From the NCBI GenBank assembly GCA_002269645.1, contig NIVC01004138.1:1-58536 (forward strand): DNA of 58,536 nucleotides, given 5' to 3'. The position numbers and the translations under genes were made by a program. Source of the stretch: Macrostomum lignano (lineage: Eukaryota). Below, in pieces: positions 46,356 through 58,536 of this stretch (position 1 is its first letter; every line of letters starts with the position of its first letter). The notes under the pieces are model-generated. The model saw only the letters and a program-made list of their open reading frames with translations. It searched no databases and had not been told where the DNA came from.

Positions 46356-48425
46356 TCTAAAACTTATTGTAAAAAAATCGATTTTTTTAAAAAGTGTTGA
46401 GAAGTGAACTTTTTAGAAGTGTATGTATACTGCCAGCGCCTCTGGTGCACCACAGTTACACGTATTTGGCTAATGTCAAAAAAGTCTGTAACCTAACTGC
46501 GTGCCGGTTGGTCATGGAACGGTTGAGCGAGGAGCTTGGGACGTAGGGAATCTCACGATTGGGTGGGTGGTTTGAGGGTCGAGAAATTGTTCTAGCGTTC
46601 CTGACCTATATAATCTTGCTGGATGCATACATATGAGGGGGCTTCTGCCTGAATGGAAGCTATAAAGTCACTCTATGATTGGATACGCGGGGCTAACGCA
46701 TAGAAACAAAACTAACCTGTAGATGAGACATTGCTCTATCATGCCAGGTCAAGAAATACGAGCCTTTGAGCTTTGCTGCTCAGGACTAAGATAGCTGTGA
46801 GTTCGACATCTGTAAATAAATATTCGAGCTCAAAAGAAAACATTACAAGAAATTGAACAGCTAAATTGCGTGACACGATGAGAGGTTTATCGACATACAT
46901 TTTAAGGCTTCATTGGTTAAGAATACTCTGGGTACCCGAACCGAAAAATAGCTCCTTGTGCTATAAGCTCTCCAGTTGATGCAAAAAGCTGACATACTGA
47001 AAAAAGTGCGATTGCAATAATTTGTCGTTTCACAAGTATTGATGAAATTTGATTATTTTGTTACCTTTGCTTATTCTAAGTAAGCACTGAACCTGACTGT
47101 TCTTCCACCCACCCACACACAATAGTGAGGCCTTCTTTTAGCTAAGAAGAATGGCTAAGCCTATATTATATTGTTTATACTGGTGCTTATGAACAACACA
47201 CGGATTGCATGACAACAGAAGCATTTTTTGCTGAGCAGATGAAAGCAATCGGTTGTCTTGCAGCGAGATCCGGTGTGCACAGTCCGCCCCCCCCCCGAAC
47301 CTCCTTTGTCGGGTTTAGCGACTGATCCCTAAATCCTCATCTACAAGGAAGCAAGCAACTTGAGCCCGCATAGCCGCACCCAAAGCGGACGGAGAAATAA
47401 AGTCATGCCTTTGCCGCGACAAGCATTTAGCTTCTTATGGGAATTCCTTACCGTTTCCTCTGCGATCATTGATTCGCGCGAAACGGAGATATGCGGCGAG
47501 AGAGAAAAAATGAAAAAAGCATCCTCTATTGTGCGGACGACAATACTGGATTTGTCCCATTCGATTCTTTTTCAGGCTTTTTGCATTTTGCTGTATAGAT
47601 GTGGAATGGATAGGGTGTGCGCGATTTCCTACACTAAAATTGTACTGCACTATTAGTAGTCCGTGAACAGCCCAGGTCGCCCCCAAGGTCTCATGCTGTG
47701 AGAGATCACAGCTGTGCCCAGAGCCCGAGCTGGCGAAAAACTCAAATGGCAACGGAGTCTTTCTGCTGTTAGAGTTCCCAGCTGTTCCACGCGCGGCGCA
47801 CCGAGGAGAGAGAGGACTCCCAGACAGAAATTTGGTCGCCACAGAAGTGCGCAACTGCCTGCGGTCTACTAGCCACTTCAACGTATTTAATTGGGTTTAC
47901 TGCACTGCTTTTGTAAGTCACACTAGGGCAAGATAAATGGAGCGTGATGGAAAAACATGAATTTTAGGAGGGTTTGAGGGGAAGAGGGGCAGCTACGACA
48001 CCACCACTCCACCAGCCAGCCAATCACAAGCCGCCGAAGGGGAAGGGCTCAGGGCAGAGAAGAAAACTGGGGTAGGGCGCAAGCGCGAATTGGGAGGGGA
48101 GTGTGCAGAGCGTAGGCCAGGCCAAGGTGAGGCTTATGTCCCTAAACCCCAGTTTGACCCACATTCTCACTAGAGCGAGGAGGAGAGAGAGAAAAGGAGA
48201 GAGAGGGACGTCGAATGACGCAACAACATTACACTGCATGTATATCTCAGAATGTTGGCTCAGAATGTTGGCCCCAATACCCAATGCATGTATCCAAAAA
48301 TGAAATAAAGAAACAAACGCCTTAGAGAATAATTGTTAGGAACTCTAAAAGTATTTTATTTCACATTTTCTATCAGTCACCAGAGCGCATTTAGAGAGCA
48401 ACAACACAGGTTTCAAACAGCATAT

Positions 48426-49250
48426 CTAGCACCTGTAGAGGGCGCGGATCTTGGCGACGTCCAGGCTGGTAAGGGAGCTGCCACCAACGCTGCCACCGCT
48501 GCGGGTGGTGAGAGTGCTGCGGCCATTGCAGGAGAAAGCGCCACTGCTGTAGTGCATAACTGACTTGTAATCGTAAGCCGGGAATCCGGACGGCAGGGAG
48601 CCCTGCTTATAGAAGTTGTGGCACTGCTTGTTGTTGATGTTACCCCAGTGGACGGTAACGTATCTGTCACGGTCGGACCTGCTCTGCTCGTGGAACAAAC
48701 CAATGGCGTGGATGAACTCGTGCTGGATGGTTCCGACGGAGTAGCAACCATTTGACTGCAGGGACATCTGCTGCTTGCCACCAGTCCTGCCGACGTAAGA
48801 CCAGCAGCCGGAGCCGCTGAACACCTCGATGTAGTCCCTTTCGCTGCCACGCCTCTTGAAGCGGATGCAGTTGCTAAGACGAGACTGCAGAGAGGCCAGA
48901 GCGCTGTCGACGGCGCTCGGATTGCCAGAGACGACGGTGTAGGGCACGATCTTAGTGGTCCACAGGTTTCTGACGGTGTTCCTCAGGCCCAGCAGTTCGA
49001 GGAAGTTGTTGCTGGTGAGCCGCATGTCGCCTTCGTAGAGACCGGTCTCGGGGTCAGCCTTGGGCAGACCGTTCTCGTCGCTGATCATCTAAAGGAGAAA
49101 TTTCAGAGTCGCTGAATACAAATAAGTTTCTATGGTTTCTTAAAGTTGTTATTAAAATTTGCAAAATAAAATTTCTCTTACCGAAGGCGAGCAGCCACAT
49201 TGGGCGTAGGCGAACGCCACCAGACAGCTGAACAAGACGACGCGAAACAT
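48426..49250 (-). CDS. Secreted astacin metalloprotease A (exons 49182-49250 and 48426-49088), 243 aa
   Basis: Signal peptide MFRVVLFSCLVAFAYA; YEGDM prodomain switch; HEFIHAIGLFHEQSRSDRD; SVMHY Met-turn; GTAAGA..TTTAG intron; AATAAA at 48355. Confidence 0.95.
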
Positions 49251-49964
49251 TTTTTGGCTTGCTGTTTCTTTTTGGACTTCGAGTTACCAACTTCAAGCAG
49301 CTTGAGTCGGAGCCTTCATATAGATTTTGAAATTTATTATCGTCGTGGGAACTTGCGACATGGTCTGGCTGACCAAAGCGGTTTTGCAGATAGCGAAGCA
49401 GCATTTTCAACTTAGTATCAGAGATCTCTGCCGAATTCCGACACCCAATTACCTGGTTTTAGCTTATTTTCGATTTTTTTATTCGCGTTCGAACGTGGAA
49501 TCGGTTCGTGACTTTTTCAGTATTTCGGGTAATGCTGAGGTCGGAATGAGTGACGAATTCTTTTAGCACAGATTGAGTTTTATCGGTCATGTTTCTGTCT
49601 TATTCAGCTCGTATCTGTCTTTGTAGAATTTTTGCGACTTTTTTATGCAAGTTATCGTTATGAACTGTTACGAGAAATATGATTTTTCTTGCAACTTCAG
49701 GTAAAGTTTTTGCGTTTATTGTGGATCTATCATCTATCTAATATGTCCTATTTTTTGCCTTACGACGGGCTTTTACGTTTATTGTGCTTATAAACGCAGA
49801 AGTTACTATTTTATATCCTAAAAGTTTTGCTCGCATTTGAAGTTTCGCTTTGATAAGATTGCGGTTTTACAAGTGCCCCGTTCGACCCGTCATTTTTTAG
49901 GCGTCAATCAGAACTTGAAAGGCAGGGCGGAGGTCTTAAAAGACGTTTCTTCGTGACGCAGTCT

Positions 49965-50480
49965 CTGTCAGCTGTTTGTCTACCTCGGTGGTCTGGTGCC
50001 TGACGTTCGCGAGGATCTGTGACGTCGCCGTGGACTTGCCTGAGCTGCCTTCCGTTCCGTGAGGTCAGTCCTGCAGTCCGAGGCCCTGTCTAACCGCTAA
50101 TAGGGCGGCGTTGTTCCAGGCGGTGATCGAGACCGTCCGGTTGCACAACGACGAGACCTGGACGCTGACAGAATCGCTCGAACAGCAGGTCGATGTGGCA
50201 CACGCTGGCCTGCTGCGCGCCGCCTTCAAGATGGGCTACGAGCGAGTCACCGCACCGGCCTGTTCCGTCCCTGCGCCCTCGGCGACTCCAGCTGGCAGGC
50301 CATATTATCCGAGCCGAGTCGTACTGCCCACAGTCGGTGCAGGAGGTGCTGCTCCTGACGCTGCAGGCCCCCTACCTGCAGCTCGCCGTCGGTAAGCACT
50401 CGGCGTTTCGTTGACTGCCTGCTGGCTGATGCCGGCGTCTCGGACACTGCCGGCGGTGCAGCCTATGTACGCACCCGGGC
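49965..50480 (+). mobile_element. Degraded RTE-clade LINE 3' fragment
   Basis: YLGG...DL*RRRGLA*AAF, LFQAVIETV..ETWTLT, RRLQLAGHIIR, interrupted by stops and frameshifts. Confidence 0.8.
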
Positions 50481-50889
50481 CTTGAAACCCGCGCTGTGAC
50501 ATTTTCCTACGCCTGACTGGCTGACAATGTATTTTGTTGTTGTTATCCAGCATGGCGAAAAATCATCGATGGTAAACAATCAGAGTCCGCGACCTTCCAG
50601 AAGCCCAAGACAGCAACCAGGATCTGCTGTTGGGTCAGCGCAGCCTAGAAATCCTCGCAGTTGCAATATCCTGCAATAAAGACGCAACCTTTACTGATCG
50701 AACCAAAGCAGGATATCAAGGTAAGAGTTTCAAAACCTTGAGCGTAGTTACACCTAAATACAGCTCGTAGTCTATTATTTTTTACATCCGTCTAAGATCA
50801 ATCTTAACTCGCTTCATCATCCAGATGCGGTTTTTTCACGATGCTTCTTGCGGAATTCTGCGGCAAAATTTGGTACTGAAATCCGCATC

Positions 50890-50966
50890 ATGAGACGACG
50901 GAGGATGCTCTCAGTTAAGGTTATTCTTATCGTTTTAGCATCAGCTCTGCTGTCCATTGCACGCAC
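50890..50966 (+). CDS. Candidate signal-peptide first exon
   Basis: MRRRRMLSVKVILIVLASALLSIAR followed by a GTGAGT donor; no downstream exon identified. Confidence 0.3.
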
Positions 50967-51974
50967 GTGAGTCTTCTTTTACACTGCCATCAGAAAAGCT
51001 AAATTTAGGTGCAATCTACGCTCCTAGGTTCCAACTTAGGCCCGAGGTTAGGATTTAGGTGTTTCACAAAATTCTGGCTGGGATCCAAGTTAGGCGCGAC
51101 TCAAAGAGAGAAACGATTCAACTAAGAGTAAAACCCCATAATGTCGGTCTCAACTATGGGACACATAACGTCGAGTTGTCCTAACTCGTACAGCATCTAA
51201 TCCAATGGATATTTGATATCGCTCGTATTTATCAGTTCTATCGATGGTTGAACCCCTCATTTATGCTCAAAGTAACTTAAACTTCTTCCATACGGTGGTT
51301 TGTCTTTGGCCAATCCTACTCCAAACCGTATCCCCACCCAGAAAGCTCACTCTCAGCTGGCATGGAAGTTATGGAAGTTAAAAGTGATTCGATTTGTGAA
51401 ACACCTTCCTGGGCTAATTTGGAGAATTTAGAAGTGACATGCATGCATGAATGAAAGATGGCCGAAGGAAGGAAGTATTCCTTCATCCATACATGCATGC
51501 CTTCGATTTGCAATCTGCAAACAAAAAACAAAAACAAAAAATCGGTTGAGTCGTTCTTTCTCTAATCGATCACATAGATATACACACGCAGACAAACCAT
51601 TTTTAGTATATGGATTGTTTTGAGGTATTGCCATATTATTGACAATTCATCAGGCAAGATTGGTAAGTTTGTTTATAACAGGGTTCGGCAGACTTTCTTA
51701 CCTCAAGGGCCAGACAAAGAATTTGGAGCATCACTGCAGGCGAGCGGAGGGGAGAGGGGAGATGCTCAGAGGGAATAGAGAAGATAGAAGAGATGTAGAA
51801 GGAAGCATAGGCGAGGGAATAAAGGAGAAGAGGGAAGAGACGAAACAGGAGAGAGCAGAGGAGAGGATAGAAAAGAGAAAAGAGGAGAGAAGGGAAAGGA
51901 GAGGAGAGAATGGAGAGGAGGAAGAGGAGATAAGGAAGAGTAGGGAGAGGATAGGAGAAGAGAGGAGAGGAGAG

Positions 51975-53020
51975 GGGGTGCTTTCACAAGGTCGAAACTT
52001 CACAAGGTCGAAATTTCACAACATCGAAACCTTTAGCAAAGGACTTTATAAGGTCGAAATTTCACAAGGTCGAAATTTCACAACGTAGAAAACTCAAATG
52101 GCAGCCACTTTCACAAGGTCGAAATTTCACAAGATCGAAATTTCACAACACCGAAAACTCTAGCAAGAGACTTCATAAAGTCGAAACTTCACAAGGTCGA
52201 AATTTCACAACATCGAAACCTTTAGCAAAGGACTTTATAAGGTCGAAATTTCACAAGGTCGAAATTTCACAACGTAGAAAACTCAAATGGCAGCCACTTT
52301 CACAAGGTCGAAATTTCACAAGATCGAAATTTCACAACACCGAAAACTCTAGCAAGAGATTTCATAAAGTCGAAATTTCACAAGGTCGAAATTTCATAAC
52401 ATCGAAAACTCAAATAGCATCCACTTTCACAAGGTCAAAACTTCATAAGCTCGAAATATCACAACGTCGAAAATTTAATATAACAATAGCTATACAATAG
52501 TTTTCTACGTTGTGAAATTTCGACCTTGTGAAATTTCGACCTTATGAAGTCCCTTGCTAAAGTTTTCGATGTTGTGAAATTTCGACCTTGTGAAGTTTCG
52601 ACCTTGTGAAAGTGGCTGCTATTTGAGTTTTCGATGTTCTGAAATTTCGACCTTGTGAAGTTTCGACCTTGTGAAAGTGGCTGCTATTTGAGTTTTCGAT
52701 GTTCTGAAATTTCGACCTTGTGAAATTTCGACCTTATGAAGTCCCTTGCTAAAGTTTTCGATGTTGTGAAATTTCGACCTTGTGAAGTTTCGACCTTGTG
52801 AAAGTGGCTGCTATTTGAGTTTTCGATGTTCTGAAATTTCGACCTTGTGAAGTTTCGACCTTGTGAAAGTGGCTGCTATTTGAGTTTTCGATGTTCTGAA
52901 ATTTCGACCTTGTGAAGTTTCGACTTTATGAAGTCTCTTGCTAAAGTTTTCGATGTTGTGAAATTTCGACCTTGTGAAGTTTCGACCTTGTGAAATTTCG
53001 AGTTTGTGAAACCCCCCCCC
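51975..53020. mobile_element. Foldback element of the same family as 26050-27684, almost fully palindromic
   Basis: GGGGTGCTTTCAC...GTGAAACCCCCCCCC; ~500-bp inverted arms with a ~25-bp spacer; TSD GAGGAGAG at 51967-51974 and 53021-53028. Inserted in a GA-rich repeat. Confidence 0.88.
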
Positions 53021-54534
53021 GAGGAGAGGAGGGAGAGAAGAGAAAAAAAAAGAAGTTATTAGAGAGGAGAGAGCTGAAAAGAGACACAAGCCTTGAGCCA
53101 GCCGGACTGCTATTGTGAAGTTTCAAAGGACCCGAGGGCCGGAGGCTTCGCGGGCGGGAGCTTGTGCCACCAATCAAGCACCAGTAGGATTCAACAGCTT
53201 GTAAAACGCAAACGCTGCGCAAAACAAAAACTTTCCTGCTTGGCTGAAGCTTGCTAGGCCAAACGTGGAGTTTCTAACTTGTTTTAATAGGCCTAATAAA
53301 CTGACTAAAATTTTAATTTTAATGAAGTGTTGACAATTCCGACCTTCGCTTTTTCTAGCTTCTTCTAGCTTTTTCGCAAATCTTTAAAAGTATATGTATG
53401 TGTGCGTTTGTTTGATCAAGCATAAGCTATAGAACAGCTTCGACTCTTTTTTACAATGAAACTATTTTTCTCTGTTTACTATAAGTAGCATGGACTGCGT
53501 ATTTTATATATCAGATTATCGAACTTAAAAAAAAATACCGAAGACCTGATTAAGACCATGGACTGTAGCTTCCTCTGCTGTCAAGCATTACTTGTAGCAG
53601 CAGCAGTAGCTATAGTGTCTGTGGCCCAACCCCCCCCCCAGGGTTTTTGGAGCCTTGGAGACGGCTACTAATTACATTAGCAAATGCTGGAGTGATACAT
53701 CTCGGTAATATAGAAATTGTGGCAGAACCTGTCGGAAGACTAAAAGACACAAATACTTTCATTTCCTAGAAACGCCAACGAGCATGGGCGCTGGTGAAGA
53801 GCGCTCACCAATTTCGTCAAGATAAGAAACTAATATCCGATTTCTAATTAAAATTCTGTCGCGGCTTTTATATCGACAAGTTACCACAAAAGCGACAACC
53901 TGTCTTTTACACTGTACTGACCACATGGCCTGGCCAAGATGGTTAGGAACAACTCTTGACAGAGGCTAAAAAATTCTCGCACCTTTTTCACTACAGTTCC
54001 GTAAGTTATTTGTACTTCAACATCAAATTGTAATCGCACTACATACCAAAAATTATGTCATAGAAGTCACATTTTAAGAACCTTACTGCAAAAGATATAG
54101 TACATTATACATATTATACATGTATATTATACATGCAACCTCATGACTCAAGCCTAGTTGGAAAACAACTTCAGGAATCTTTTGTTTTTAGACTGCAAAG
54201 GCGACTAGCCATCCATGAAGTAATGAACGATGTACTGAATTTTACCATCTAAATGATTAATTAGAAAAGAAACGGGTAACTTAGTAAAGAAGAAGAAATG
54301 TCTAAGACTTGATTTCAGACAAGGTGTACTTACAGAGTTACAGTTCCAACGCAAAACTTACGTATTTTAGCTGTAAAGTAACTAAATTACGAGTACTTTG
54401 CTTTAGAACCAACCTCTGCAGCTACGAACATGGCCATACAATAGTCGATGTGTTAATACGCACACAAATAATGCATTTATTCCCGAAACTTGTTGCATAA
54501 AACTTGTTCTAGGAGTTTATTCTTGTTTGTTTGC

Positions 54535-54850
54535 TTAATAATAATAATAATAATAATAATAATTAATTACATCTGCTCCAATTGGGCCCGATGTGCAACC
54601 GACAGCTCAGCCGCAGCTATTGCGTGGCGCATCGAAGGCTGCGTACGACTGTTCAGTCCAAGGACTGGGGGGTCGCCACACACACTCTCAATTAACCCAG
54701 CTAATGCTGGCACCCATTTACAGCTGGGTGAACTGAAGCAATGCAGAGTTAAGTGTCTTGCTCAAGGACACAAGTTCTTCCAGTGGGATCGGGGAACCGT
54801 ACCCCGAAAGTCGTGAGTCTGACGCTTTAATCACTAGGCTACAACCCTAC
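54535..54850 (-). mobile_element. CORE-like SINE family B copy with (ATT)n tail
   Basis: Aligns with the other two copies; (AAT)n at 54538-54563 on the plus strand. Confidence 0.8.
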
Positions 54851-55033
54851 TGCAGATTCTTACAAACTAGATTCATAAGCACTATACTACTGTACAAGTA
54901 GTATTCGACTGTCCTGGTGGCAGTTCAAGACAAAAAGGCAAACGCAAAAAATTACAAGAGTTTTTTTGGCCTAAAGATGTTCCGATTTATTTTCTTTTCT
55001 AAATTAAAATGTCACATTTTAAAGTTAGCGAAC

Positions 55034-55872
55034 TTAGCACCTGTAGAGAGCGCGGATCTTAGCAACATCAAGGTTGGTAAGGGAGCTGCCACCAACGTTG
55101 CCACCGCTGCGGGTGGTGAGGGTCTTGCTGCCGTTGCACGTGAAGGCCGTAGTGCCGTAGTGCATGACAGACACGTAATCGTAAGCCGGGAATCCGGACG
55201 GCAGGGAGCCCTGCTTGTAGAAGTTGTGGCACTGCTTGTTGTTGATGTTACCCCAGTGGACGGTAACGAAGCTATCGCGGTCGGACCTGCTCTGCTCGTG
55301 GAACAAACCCAGGGCGTGGATGAACTCGTGCTGGATGGTTCCGACAGAGTAGCAACCGTTCGACTGCAGGGACATCTGCTGCTTGCCACCAGTCCTGCCG
55401 ACGTAAGACCAGCAGCCGGAGCCGCTGAACACCTCGATGTAGTCACTCTCGCCACTGCGCCTCTTGAAGCGGATGCAGTTGCTCAGACGAGACTGCAGAG
55501 AGGCCAGAGCGCTGTCGACGGCGCTCGGATTGCCAGAGACGACGGTGTAGGGCACGATCTTAGTGGTCCACAGGTTTCTGACGGTGTTCCTCAGGCCCAG
55601 CAGTTCGAGGAAGTTGTTGCTGGTGAGCCGCATGTCGCCTTCGTACAGACCGGTCTCGGGGTCAGCCTTGGGCAGACCGTTCTCGTCGCTGATCATCTAA
55701 CGGGAAGTTGAAATAAAGTGACATCTCAGCATTTTGTCTTATATCATTCGTCAATTGTTACTTTAAGTATTATAGAACTTTTCTGACTGAGTTTGTTTCT
55801 TACCGACGGCGAGCAGCCGCACTGGGCGTAGGCGAAAGCCACCAGACAGCTGAGCAGGACCACGCGGAACAT
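55034..55872 (-). CDS. Secreted astacin metalloprotease B (exons 55804-55872 and 55034-55696), 243 aa
   Basis: Same structure as A; HEFIHALGLFHEQSRSDRD and SVMHY. Confidence 0.95.
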
Positions 55873-56499
55873 GGTACGGTCTTGTCTCTTGGCGAGTGAG
55901 GAGAGAGTTCGGATATTTTTCTTCGCTTTGTTTAGGATAACGCAGCATCTGTCTCATATTTATACTGTTTTTGTGGCTGTTTTTTTTAAAGATAAGTTCT
56001 CAGTGTCGTAACTAGCTACGGCATGGAACTGATGAAATGTCACGTTTGCGCAGAACGTGCCGTCGCTAAAGTTTGTCAAAAAGCTTGTGGCTAGTGATGT
56101 GACTAGTGGAACTGGTTCTTTTGCTTCTGAAAAAATCAGAATACCGAGTGTTGAGTTTCGTATGAGAAAAAGGCAACCAGTGGCACGATCCGACTATCTT
56201 GAGGGCGGTTTTGCCGTAAAATTGCGGTTGCTGCAACAAACTCGTTGGGCCCGAAAGAGATCTATCAGCACGTGACTTCAGTACCGGTGTTGGAGTGCAT
56301 TGGGCACGAATTAGTATTCTTTCTACTTTATCGCTGCACAACAAACTGATATTACTCTATTGTGTTCCAGTGGAGGCAGTACTTTCAGTTCTCTGCAAAT
56401 CTTCTTTTTTACTCTAATCTTATGCAAAATCTACCTTAGATCTTTCATTCAATTTGTTGTCTTGAGTCAGGCAATTGACCTTTTTTTAACTTTTGACAC

Positions 56500-57555
56500 T
56501 TGGGTCATGACATCTCAGCTACTAACCCTTGAGTCATGGCATATCAGCTACTATCCCTTGAGTCATGGCATATCAGCTACTATCCCTTGAGTCATGACAT
56601 CTCAGCTACTAACCCTTGAGCCATGGCATCTCAGCTACTAACCATTGAGCCATGCCATCTCAGCTACTAATCCTTGAGTCATGGCATCTCAGCTACTAAC
56701 CCTTGAGTCATGACATCTCAGCTACTAACCCTTGAGTCATAGTATCTCAGCTACTAATCCTTGAGTCATGGCATCTCAGCTACTAACCCTTGAGCCATGA
56801 CATCTCAGCTACTAACCCTTGAGTCATGACATCTCAGCTACTAACCCTTGAGTCATGGTATCTCAGCTACTAATCCTTGAGTCATGGCATCTCAGCTACT
56901 AACCCTTGAGTCATGGCATATCAGCTACTATCCCTTGAGTCATGACATCTCAGCTACTAACCTTGAGTCATGGTATCTCAGCTACTAACCCTTGAGTCAT
57001 GGTATCTCAGCTACTAACCCTTGAGCCATGGCATCTCAGCTACTAACCCTTGAGTCATGGCATCTCAGCTACTAACCCTTGAGCCATGACATCTCAGCTA
57101 CTAACCCTTGAGCCATGACATCTCAGCTACTAACCCTTGAGTCATGGCATCTCAGCTACTAACCTTGAGTCATGGCATCTCAGCTACTAACCCTTGAGTC
57201 ATGACATCTCAGCTACTAACCCTTGAGTCATGGCATCTCAGCTACTAACCTTGAGTCATGGCATCTCAGCTACTAACCCTTGAGTCATGGCATCTATGCT
57301 ACTAATCCTTGAGTCATGGCATCTCAGCTACTAACCCTTGAGTCATGGCATCTCAGCTACTAACCCTTGAGTCATGACATCTCAGTTACTAGCCCTTGAG
57401 CCATGACATCTCAGCTACTAACCCTTGAGTCATGGCATCTCAGCTACTAACCCTTGAGTCATGGCATCTATGCTACTAATCTTGAGTCATGGCATCTCAG
57501 CTACTAACCCTTGAGTCATGCATCTATGCTACTAATCCTTGAGTCATGGCATCTC
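56500..57555. repeat. 29-bp minisatellite, about 36 copies
   Basis: Unit GAGTCATGGCATCTCAGCTACTAACCCTT. Confidence 0.97.
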
Positions 57556-58039
57556 GGACTCTCCTTGATGCTTGCATCAAGGCTTAGTGTTGGCATTCTT
57601 GCCTCGGAACTAATGCTGATCATTTATCTTCAACAGTAAACCTGAGCCCAAAAGCTTAAAAGCATTAATTCAATATTTTTTTTAACCTTTAAAGAGTCTA
57701 ACGAGTGCAGGACAGTACGATTGTCGATAAACTCTTTGCATTGCCAGGCTTGCATTGCCAGAAATGCTGCAAGAGCAACCCCTAGAAAGACCACGTAGAA
57801 AGAAACAGTAGAAAGACCACGCTATTTTTCCCCATGGGGAAAGACCACGAGGGGTGTATTATACATACACGACCCATTTCACGATAGCTCGCAAAACAAA
57901 TTACCGATTTTCGTAAATCCCACCATATGGATCAAAAGTTTCGCCTTTCCGACGAACTAACGTTCAAAGTCATCGACGTCATCATCGTCGAGATATTCAA
58001 CGATTCTTGTCGAAGACACTGGTGGCAAGGACAACCAAC

Positions 58040-58536
58040 ACTACACTGTATAAACCTTTATGGTGAATCCATATTGGCTCAATAATCTGGGTCCATCTGT
58101 CGTAGAGGCCTTTGTTCTCACATCCCAGGCACCAGGGTCCCCTTCATCACCGTCTGGAGCATCGGCGCGACCATCGGACCTTCAACAAAAGCACCCGATT
58201 GGCATCTCAGAGACGGCTGCGTTCCCAAAACTGAAATAGTGCCGAGAATGCCGAAACTGCCCTCAACCACGATTCACCCGGAGGAGGAGCCATGGAGTTG
58301 CGCCGACCACCCCGCGAACTCTTGGAGTGAACGTCCTGTGCAGCTCAACCTGCACCACGCGCATCGCGCCTCGACCAATCTGACTCGGGTGGTGGACTTC
58401 TAAAAAGCCTGGATGAAGAAAGACCGGAGAATTTCTGCCAGTTTGTGCACTACCTAAAAGCTACTAGGCGAGCGACCAACCACCTCCTGCACTCTCCGCG
58501 CTGCGGACACCGGAAGTACCGGATCTCCCTGCGCGA
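58040..58536 (+). pseudogene. Degraded LOA/R1-like LINE, ORF1 end and ORF2 start, running off the window
   Basis: VQLNLHHAHRASTNL at 58338 parallels LQINTQHCVAASVNL of the intact ORF2; EEEPME lies upstream; stop codons present. Confidence 0.5.

Noticed and set aside
47435-47881. 148-aa minus-strand ORF
   Set aside because: No motif, and no clear splice sites linking it to neighbouring exons.
54917-55711. 264-aa plus-strand ORF, and many ORFs overlapping the LINE
   Set aside because: Antisense or alternative-frame shadows of GC-rich coding sequence.

Overview
Repeat-rich animal genomic DNA with GT-AG introns and no prokaryotic features. The style suggests an invertebrate such as a free-living flatworm, but that is inference only. 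The main feature is a complete 10,975-bp Polinton/Maverick endogenous virus-like element at 32131-43105, bounded by AGTAGT termini, ~270-bp TIRs and a perfect 6-bp TSD (CTCCAA). It keeps an intron-containing integrase, penton, major capsid, adenain protease and packaging ATPase, but its protein-primed polB is reduced to a deleted relic. It also carries a TBP-like gene, a PC4-like gene and a stand-alone DEDD-type exonuclease, with TATA boxes upstream of the TBP-like, PC4-like and polB genes. Other content: a full-length LOA/I-group LINE (APE-RT-RNase H) inside a 19-bp minisatellite; three GGGG...CCCC foldback elements with 8-bp TSDs; nested Harbinger/foldback/hAT MITEs; two SINE families; RTE and LOA relics; many satellites. 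Host genes include an FN3+TM FNDC4/5-like gene and two astacin paralogues with signs of gene conversion, one lying next to an AP-1-motif satellite. All protein calls are motif recognition by eye; no database search was run.
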